From an uncultured bacterium (GTDB taxonomy: Bacteria > Patescibacteriota > Minisyncoccia > Phycocordibacterales > UBA2100): a DNA stretch of 64,000 nt. The stretch is taken from contig CAIJXH010000007.1 in the NCBI GenBank assembly GCA_903824595.1, forward strand, positions 5,184-69,183, read 5' to 3'. Of this stretch, positions 57,781 through 64,000 are shown one piece after another. Both the position numbers and the translations under genes were made by a program. Numbering within the stretch: position 1 is the first letter of the stretch; the number at the start of each line of letters is the position of its first letter. The notes under the pieces were generated by a model. It had not been told where the DNA came from and searched no databases. It was given only the letters and a program-made list of their open reading frames with translations.

Positions 57781-58572
57781 ATGAATCAGAATTGGTCGCT
57801 GCTCAAATCGCGCACGTTCTGGACCCTGTGTTCTACGTTTATTATCAACGGGGTCAATGCTATGGCACCATTTATTCCCGCACAATATCAAGTGGGTGTG
57901 AATGCACTTTTGGCGATGTTGACCATGTATTTCCACGTCAATCCGAGCCAACAGTACGATTCAGTGCCAACTCCTGCGCCTACTCCGTATCCAGCCCCGG
58001 CTCCGACACCAGTGCCATTTCCCACTCCTGCCCCCATTCCTACACCAACTCCAAGCCCGACTCCCGTCCCTACGCCTACCCCCGCACCCATCGCAAATTG
58101 GACTATTCCCGTGCCGTCGCAATACTTCACACTCTCGCAAACGTACCTCAACGAAGACTGGACGCTCTATCCGAAATTCGGTCATCACACAGGCGTCGAC
58201 TACGGCGGACATGGACAAAGTGACATTCCACTCTTTGCGTGCGCCGACGGCGAAATCGTGTATCGCGATGGTGCGGAATCCGCGTGGGGTGCGTCGCTTG
58301 GCAACCATTTCGCGCTGTACGTCCCCTCAACAAATCAGTCATTCCTCTATTGCCACATGAGCTCGCTTCCCCCTGCGCTCGGCGCGGTGAAGGCGGGGCA
58401 ACAGATCGGCATTATGGGCAACACGGGGAAAAGTGCGGGCGGTGCGATCCACCTGCATCTCGAAGGATTCCACGGGCGATTCCAGATCGCTTGGCGCTCA
58501 TTTACCTCGCTCGACGATATCAAATCCAAGACCTTCGACGCCGATGCATGTATCCGTGCACAATTAGGATAA
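57781..58572 (+). CDS. Holin-like N-terminus + Pro/Thr linker + M23 peptidase
   Basis: LLKSRTFW plus two TM helices; (PT)n linker; HTGVD, Y.H, V.AGQ.IG.MG.TG.S...HLHLE. Confidence 0.8.
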   Translation: MNQNWSLLKSRTFWTLCSTFIINGVNAMAPFIPAQYQVGVNALLAMLTMYFHVNPSQQYDSVPTPAPTPYPAPAPTPVPFPTPAPIPTPTPSPTPVPTPTPAPIANWTIPVPSQYFTLSQTYLNEDWTLYPKFGHHTGVDYGGHGQSDIPLFACADGEIVYRDGAESAWGASLGNHFALYVPSTNQSFLYCHMSSLPPALGAVKAGQQIGIMGNTGKSAGGAIHLHLEGFHGRFQIAWRSFTSLDDIKSKTFDADACIRAQLG

Positions 58573-58602
58573 CGAAGCGCACAAAAGACAGTTTTCGTGG
58601 GG

Positions 58603-59881
58603 GTAACTCCTCACACCCCACTATCCCCACCTCGCGAATAGACGACCGTCAATACTCATGCCACCGTTGAGCGATGAGACTCACTCCGCAGACTATCCGC
58701 TCTCGCATGCAGGAGTGGCGCAACCTCAAGAAGCTTCACACGGCAAGGAACAGAGAACATCACGCACGAATGCTTCGTATCGTCGTGTGCTCCCACATCC
58801 CGACGACGTCACGAGACGTGAGCGTCATGCCATCGCGGATTGTCCACACGGACACGCACTCACCAAGAAACGAGATCGTATCTTCTTACACGCACGACAT
58901 TCCCGCGATTGTGTTGCCGGAAGTCGTCGAGCACACCATCGAAACGGGATACTGCGCGACGTGCAAGAAACGATTCAACGCCATGCCGATTCCTCCCGCG
59001 CCCGTCATGTTCGGTCCGTACATCAAACGTCTCGTCGCAACCCTCTCCGCCGTCCACCGCCTCTCGCATACGCAAATACAATCGCTCCTCTTCCTTCACT
59101 ACCATACGAGCGTGAGCGACGGAGAAATTGCCAAGATGCTCGCGGGGGAGGCGGAGAAGCTCCGACCAGAAAAAGAGCGCCTCAAGAGCGCCATTCAACT
59201 ATCGAGCATCCGGCATATCGACGAGACCAGCTGGCAGGTGTGCCTCGACGATGGGCAGGGGAAGTTCTGCTGGGTCATGTCCGACGCACTTTCCGCCAAG
59301 CGCGTGTACGAACTTGGCAATAGCAGAGGCAAGGGTAACGCGGATCGGCTTCTCGGTACGCATGAGAGCGTCACGGTCTCCGATGACTACGGCGCGTATC
59401 GAATGCTCACCAATCACCAGCTCTGTTGGGCGCACCTCGTGCGCGGCTTTCGCGACCTCGCGCAGTCAACACACCTTCCAGAGAGGATCAAGAAACACTG
59501 CCGCGATCTCTCGCAGAGATTGTCCGTCCTCTACCGCGCTATTGATGCACATCGCGATCCGTCCCGCGCAGAAGAGTTTGCCGCTTGTCTCCGCGATCTC
59601 GCGACTCCCTTTCAGGAAGAGCCGAAGAAACTCAGGACGCTCAAGACCACGTTGTTGAAAAACATTCCTCGCTATCTCACTGCGCTTTCGAATCCCCGCA
59701 TCCCGCTCACCAACAACCGCGCCGAACGCGACCTGCGTCACGTCGTCCTGAAGCGCAACGTTTCCTTCGGCTCGCGCAACGCAAAAGGTGCGGAGCACAC
59801 CGGCATCCTCCTCTCCTGTCTCATGACCAGAAAAGCCGAGGGGACGCTGGGGGAGTATTTGGCGTGGGTGTGAGGAGTTAC
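58603..59881 (+). mobile_element. IS66-family element (single-ORF type), degenerate
   Basis: 16-bp perfect TIRs GTAACTCCTCACACCC; flanks TCGTGGGG / CCGTGGGG (8-bp TSD, one mismatch). Confidence 0.9.
58674..59873 (+). pseudogene. IS66 transposase with scrambled/shortened N-terminus
   Basis: HIDETSW, VSDDY.AY, Q.CWAHL.R, TNN.AER.LR; the CPH zinc-finger segment lies in another frame. Confidence 0.75.
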
Positions 59882-59929
59882 CCGTGGGGGGATTTACAAG
59901 ATGAATACGGTGTGTTATTGTTGTCGCAC

Positions 59930-61195
59930 ATGGAAGTTTCAGGATCGGATGCACGACAAGCACCCTCATTCAATGGACTCGGCATCGCGCCAGCGATTTT
60001 GGAATTGTTGAACACGCGCAATCTCACGTCCCCGACCCCCATACAACACAAAGCAATACCCATAGGCATCGCGGGTCAAGACGTTATTGGCGTTGCACAA
60101 ACGGGTACGGGCAAGACGCTCGCCTTTGGGATACCTCTCATCCAGCGTATCGCCGCATCAAAAGGTCGTGCGCTCATTTTGCTTCCCACGCGCGAGCTAG
60201 CACTGCAGGTAGACGAAACGCTCGGACAATTCGGTGCGCGATTTGGTTTGCGTGGCGCCGTACTTATCGGCGGCGCATCAATGGGTATGCAAATTGCGGA
60301 TTTGCGTCGCAGTCCGCACGTCATTATTGCTACACCGGGTCGCCTGCTCGATCACATGCAAAACGGCACCATCCGCCTCGACGACATTTCAATACTCGTA
60401 CTCGACGAAGCCGACCGCATGCTCGACATGGGATTCTGGCCGCAGATTCGCGAGATTATCGCGGCGGTGCCCCGTGAGCGCCAGACCATGCTTTTTTCCG
60501 CCACACTCTCGCGCGAGATCACCGACTTGGCGACCAAACACATGAAGACGCCCACCTCGATCGAAGTAGCGCCGCCGGGCACAACCGCCGACAAAATCAG
60601 TCAGGAATTTTTCATCGTGCGCAAAGATCAAAAAATGCAGCTGCTCGAGAGCGTGCTTTCTAAATATCTTGGGAGCACGATCGTCTTCTCGCGCACCAAG
60701 CATGGCGCCAAACGCATTGCGCGCGCCGTGCGCGACATGGGTCATACATCGGCTGAAATCCATGCAAACCGCTCACTCGCGCAGCGTCGTGAAGCACTCG
60801 AAGGATTCAAAAGAGGGAAGTACCGCGTCTTGGTGGCGACCGATATAGCCGCTCGCGGCATCGACGTGCAGGATATTGAGCTCGTAGTGAATTATGACGT
60901 CCCATCCAAGACAGAAGATTACGTGCATCGCATCGGACGCACTGCGCGCGCAGGTAAGGATGGCCACGCGATTTCTTTTGCCATGCCCGATGAGAAGCGA
61001 GACATTCGCGACATCGAGCGCCTTATCCGCAAGCCGCTCCCTATTTCAGTGACGCCTGTCTTGCCGCCTGCACGCATCATGGCGCACGTGCCCGAATTTG
61101 ACGATCGTCCTCGTCACTTCTCACCGCGCCCGCGCAGCTTCGCTCCCCGCGGTCGCTCGTTCTCTCCTCGCAATCCGCATCGCAGTGCACGCTGA
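59930..61195 (+). CDS. DEAD-box RNA helicase (RhlE-like)
   Basis: AQTGTGKT, PTRELA, DEADRMLDMGF, SAT, HRIGRTAR. Confidence 0.96.
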   Translation: MEVSGSDARQAPSFNGLGIAPAILELLNTRNLTSPTPIQHKAIPIGIAGQDVIGVAQTGTGKTLAFGIPLIQRIAASKGRALILLPTRELALQVDETLGQFGARFGLRGAVLIGGASMGMQIADLRRSPHVIIATPGRLLDHMQNGTIRLDDISILVLDEADRMLDMGFWPQIREIIAAVPRERQTMLFSATLSREITDLATKHMKTPTSIEVAPPGTTADKISQEFFIVRKDQKMQLLESVLSKYLGSTIVFSRTKHGAKRIARAVRDMGHTSAEIHANRSLAQRREALEGFKRGKYRVLVATDIAARGIDVQDIELVVNYDVPSKTEDYVHRIGRTARAGKDGHAISFAMPDEKRDIRDIERLIRKPLPISVTPVLPPARIMAHVPEFDDRPRHFSPRPRSFAPRGRSFSPRNPHRSAR

Positions 61196-61207
61196 TAAGC
61201 TGTCGGT

Positions 61208-61322
61208 ACGTATCCCCTCACGACACGATTCTCCGAGGTCGGGATTTTTCTGCTGAAAAATCCCTCTGTCTCGCGCCGACGCGCTGCAAAGACCTCGTCG
61301 AACATGTCGTGAGGATATGCGC
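61208..61322. repeat. Nested palindromic (REP-like) intergenic element
   Basis: CCTCACGACA/TGTCGTGAGG and CGAGGTC/GACCTCG stems enclosing GGGATTTTTC-TGCT-GAAAAATCCC and GCGC-CGAC-GCGC. Confidence 0.65.
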
Positions 61323-61376
61323 GTGAAGCTGTCCACAGGAGTAACGTCTCTTTCGTGTCCTCGTGCGGTACAATGA

Positions 61377-61829
61377 ATGCATATGCGCTCTCTCATCGCG
61401 GCTTGTGTTACTGGCGTGGTCTGTGGAGTACTATGCTTCGTGCCTGTCACAACCTATGCCGACGATCTTGTGGCGACCATTCGACAGGAAATTATGAAAG
61501 ACCCACGCACAGCCCAGATGTCGCCTGCACAGATTGATCAGATGGTGCACGTACTCACCGTCACTGCACAAAAAGAGGGTATAACGGCACATGATATGAC
61601 GTGGCGACCTCCTGTTGTTGCCGCGCCAAAGCTGTCGTTTGCAGAGCAGCTCACTCATTCGCCATGCTCCGTCATCCCATTTGCATGTGCCATAAATATG
61701 GCGTTCGGATTTGATGATTCATATCCACAAATACCTCTCACGCTCGCTCTATCAGCAATGGCGCTCATAGCAATCACAGGACTTATACATCATCATCACC
61801 ATACGAAACACGACACAATCACAGAGTGA
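61377..61829 (+). CDS. Secreted/membrane hypothetical protein
   Basis: Signal peptide, C-terminal TM helix, His-rich tail. Confidence 0.6.
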   Translation: MHMRSLIAACVTGVVCGVLCFVPVTTYADDLVATIRQEIMKDPRTAQMSPAQIDQMVHVLTVTAQKEGITAHDMTWRPPVVAAPKLSFAEQLTHSPCSVIPFACAINMAFGFDDSYPQIPLTLALSAMALIAITGLIHHHHHTKHDTITE

Positions 61830-61896
61830 CAGTTGACCGCGAGTATGTTTGCGAGTACTATCATGAGGCAAGAGACCCGTGCGGTCTTTTCTTTTT

Positions 61897-63681
61897 ATGG
61901 AAATTAGAAACATAGCTATTATCGCCCACGTTGACCATGGGAAGACGACGCTTACCGACGCGCTATTGCGTCAGACAGGTGTTGCCGAAGAGGGGGTGTC
62001 GATGGACTCTAATGCGCTCGAACGCGAACGCGGGATCACTATTTACGCGAAAAACGCCGCCGTGTTTTATAAAGACACCAAAATCAACATTGTTGATACG
62101 CCTGGACATGCCGATTTCGGGAGCGAGGTTGAACGTGTATTGCGCTCAATTGATTCCGTGCTCCTTGTGGTAGACGCGCAAGAAGGGCCGATGCCGCAAA
62201 CACGTTTCGTCTTGAAAAAATCGCTTGAGCTTGGTTTGAAACCCATCGTCATCATCAACAAGATCGACAAGCCTGCAGCCGATCCTGCGCGCTGCGAAGA
62301 CGATGTGCTCGAGCTTTTCATGGAGCTTGGCGCTAGCGACGAACAGTGTAATTTCACTGTCGTGTATGCGATTGGTAAACAGGGCATCGCCAAAATGAAA
62401 CTCACTGACGAGTCGAAGGATCTCACGCCGCTTCTGGAAACCATTCTTGAAAAGGTCCCATCCTCCGCCGCGATGTTTACAGAGGGTAATGCCGCGCTGG
62501 CACAACCATTCAATCTGGGCTACGACAACTTTCTCGGACGTCTCGCGATCGTGCGTGTGTACGAAGGATTGCTCAAAACGGGCGACACGGTTTTCGTAAA
62601 GAAGCCAACAGGCGAAACACGCAGCGGTAAAATCACCAAAATGTTTACATTCAAAGGCCTGCAGAAAATAGAAGCAGCAGAGGTGAGCGCTGGAGATATC
62701 GCGATGATCGCAGGACTTCCCGATATATTCATAGGAGAAACCATTACGACCGACGAGAATGCAAACCCACTTCCCGCAATCGCGATCGACGAACCAACCA
62801 TTACCCTCAATTTCCTCGTCAACAATTCTCCCTTCGCAGGACGTGAGGGCAAGTTTGTCACGTCGCGCCAGATCCGCGATCGTCTCGAGCGGGAACTTGA
62901 AATCAATGTCGGACTCCGCATCAATTTCGATTCGGCGGATTCGTTCAAAGTTTCTGGTCGCGGCGAGCTGCATATTGCGATTCTTCTTGAGAATATGCGT
63001 CGCGAAGGATATGAAATGCAGGTGTCGCAGCCGCAAGTTATTGTCCGCGAAGAAGAAGGCAAAAAGCTTGAGCCGTATGAGGAAGTGATAGTTGACACGC
63101 CGCAGGAATATCAGGGCGCGATCATTGAGCGTCTCGGCACGCGCAAATTTGTCATGAAAGATTTGAAGGTTCACGAAAATCAAGTGCGCCTCATTTTTGA
63201 GGGTCCGACACGCGGACTTCTCGGCTATCGCAATCAGTTTGTGCTCGACACAAAAGGCGAGGGAATTCTTTCGTCACGCGTGCTTGGTTTTCGCGAATAT
63301 GCGGGCGAGATCAAGAAGCGCGCGGTTGGATCTATGATTTCGATGGCAAGCGGTAAAGCGCTTGGCTTTTCGCTCTGGAATCTTCAGGAGCGCGGCGTCC
63401 TCTACATTCATCCCGCGACAGAGGTGTATGAGGGACAGGTAATCGGCAATACGTCAAAGGGCGAGGAAATGACCGTCAATCCGACAAAAGGAAAGAATCT
63501 CACCAACGTCCGCGCTTCTTCTTCCGACGAAGCAATCAATCTTATTCCTCCGTATGAAATCACTATCGAGCGCGGCTTGGAAGTGATGGCGGAAGATGAA
63601 TACCTCGAAATCACACCACTTTCAGTACGCTTGCGCAAACAACAGCTTACCGAAAACGATCGAACGAAGGCGAGACGGTAG
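61897..63681 (+). CDS. typA: Translational GTPase TypA/BipA
   Basis: IRNIAIIAHVDHGKTTL, DFG.EVER, GRGELH, YLEITP.S.RLRK. Confidence 0.97.
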   Translation: MEIRNIAIIAHVDHGKTTLTDALLRQTGVAEEGVSMDSNALERERGITIYAKNAAVFYKDTKINIVDTPGHADFGSEVERVLRSIDSVLLVVDAQEGPMPQTRFVLKKSLELGLKPIVIINKIDKPAADPARCEDDVLELFMELGASDEQCNFTVVYAIGKQGIAKMKLTDESKDLTPLLETILEKVPSSAAMFTEGNAALAQPFNLGYDNFLGRLAIVRVYEGLLKTGDTVFVKKPTGETRSGKITKMFTFKGLQKIEAAEVSAGDIAMIAGLPDIFIGETITTDENANPLPAIAIDEPTITLNFLVNNSPFAGREGKFVTSRQIRDRLERELEINVGLRINFDSADSFKVSGRGELHIAILLENMRREGYEMQVSQPQVIVREEEGKKLEPYEEVIVDTPQEYQGAIIERLGTRKFVMKDLKVHENQVRLIFEGPTRGLLGYRNQFVLDTKGEGILSSRVLGFREYAGEIKKRAVGSMISMASGKALGFSLWNLQERGVLYIHPATEVYEGQVIGNTSKGEEMTVNPTKGKNLTNVRASSSDEAINLIPPYEITIERGLEVMAEDEYLEITPLSVRLRKQQLTENDRTKARR

Positions 63682-63727
63682 GGGGGTTGCGATAGTGTCG
63701 TGATTTTGTTAGTATCCCGTGATCAGT

Positions 63728-64000
63728 ATGTCAGCAACCGATATAAAAACATTGTTTGAAGCCGGAATGCACTCGGGTCTTGCTCGCGCGCGCCGTCACC
63801 CAAGCGCCGCACGTTTTATCTGCACTGCGAAAGATAGGGCGGATATATTTGATTTGGAAGAAACGGAACGGCGGCTTGCGACAGCCGCGGCGTTCGCTGC
63901 AGCATGTGCAGGATCAGGCAAACAAATCGTGTTTGTGTCGGGCAAACATGAAGCGATAGAGATCGTAAAACAGGCAGCTCTTAGAGCAGGCATGCCCTAC
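63728..64000 (+). CDS. rpsB: 30S ribosomal protein S2 (partial)
   Basis: LFEAGMH.G...RRHP, DIFDLE.T, IVFV.GK, GMPY; runs off the window edge. Confidence 0.9.
   Translation, partial: MSATDIKTLFEAGMHSGLARARRHPSAARFICTAKDRADIFDLEETERRLATAAAFAAACAGSGKQIVFVSGKHEAIEIVKQAALRAGMPY

Noticed and set aside
57964-58090. Short tandem repeat as a DNA-level element
   Set aside because: It encodes a Pro/Thr linker with varied synonymous codons.
59585-59929. Transposase-helicase fusion (536-aa ORF)
   Set aside because: The extension is an off-frame read through the IS end; helicase motifs start after ATG 59930.
1-64000. CRISPR array, cas genes, retron or DGR
   Set aside because: No regularly spaced repeats and no Cas or reverse-transcriptase motifs were seen.
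1-64000. Alternative genetic code (TGA = Gly, as in Gracilibacteria/SR1)
   Set aside because: Core genes are full length under code 11 and several genes end properly at TGA.

Overview
Chromosomal segment of a small-genome bacterium. It is most likely Patescibacteria/CPR (Parcubacteria-like); this is inferred from the gene content, short Obg, NUDIX-inserted LeuRS, many peptidoglycan-binding surface proteins and -10 boxes directly before start codons. Standard genetic code. Core genes: rnpB, murJ, lepA, ychF, leuS, mntH, dnaJ, obg, a DEAD-box helicase, typA, rpsB (partial) and four tRNAs (Gly-CCC, Glu-CTC, Arg-CCT, Asn-GTT). Accessory content: a MarR/EmrAB-like efflux operon, a GH130/mannose cluster, a ~7.8 kb serine-recombinase island in tRNA-Asn, a C39-peptidase/coiled-coil polymorphic toxin with a putative immunity gene, NNMT-like and SET methyltransferases near 7TM sensors, an ECF-sigma/MacAB-like operon, a holin-like/M23 fusion and a degenerate IS66. 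The most unusual signals are non-coding. (i) A family of ~100-115 nt structured units attached to tRNA 3' ends; their termini copy the host tRNA (inverted, then direct), and their internal stems co-vary around conserved AGTA and GNCG loops. (ii) Two highly structured ncRNA candidates inside the island. All assignments come from reading motifs by eye; no database searches or folding programs were run.
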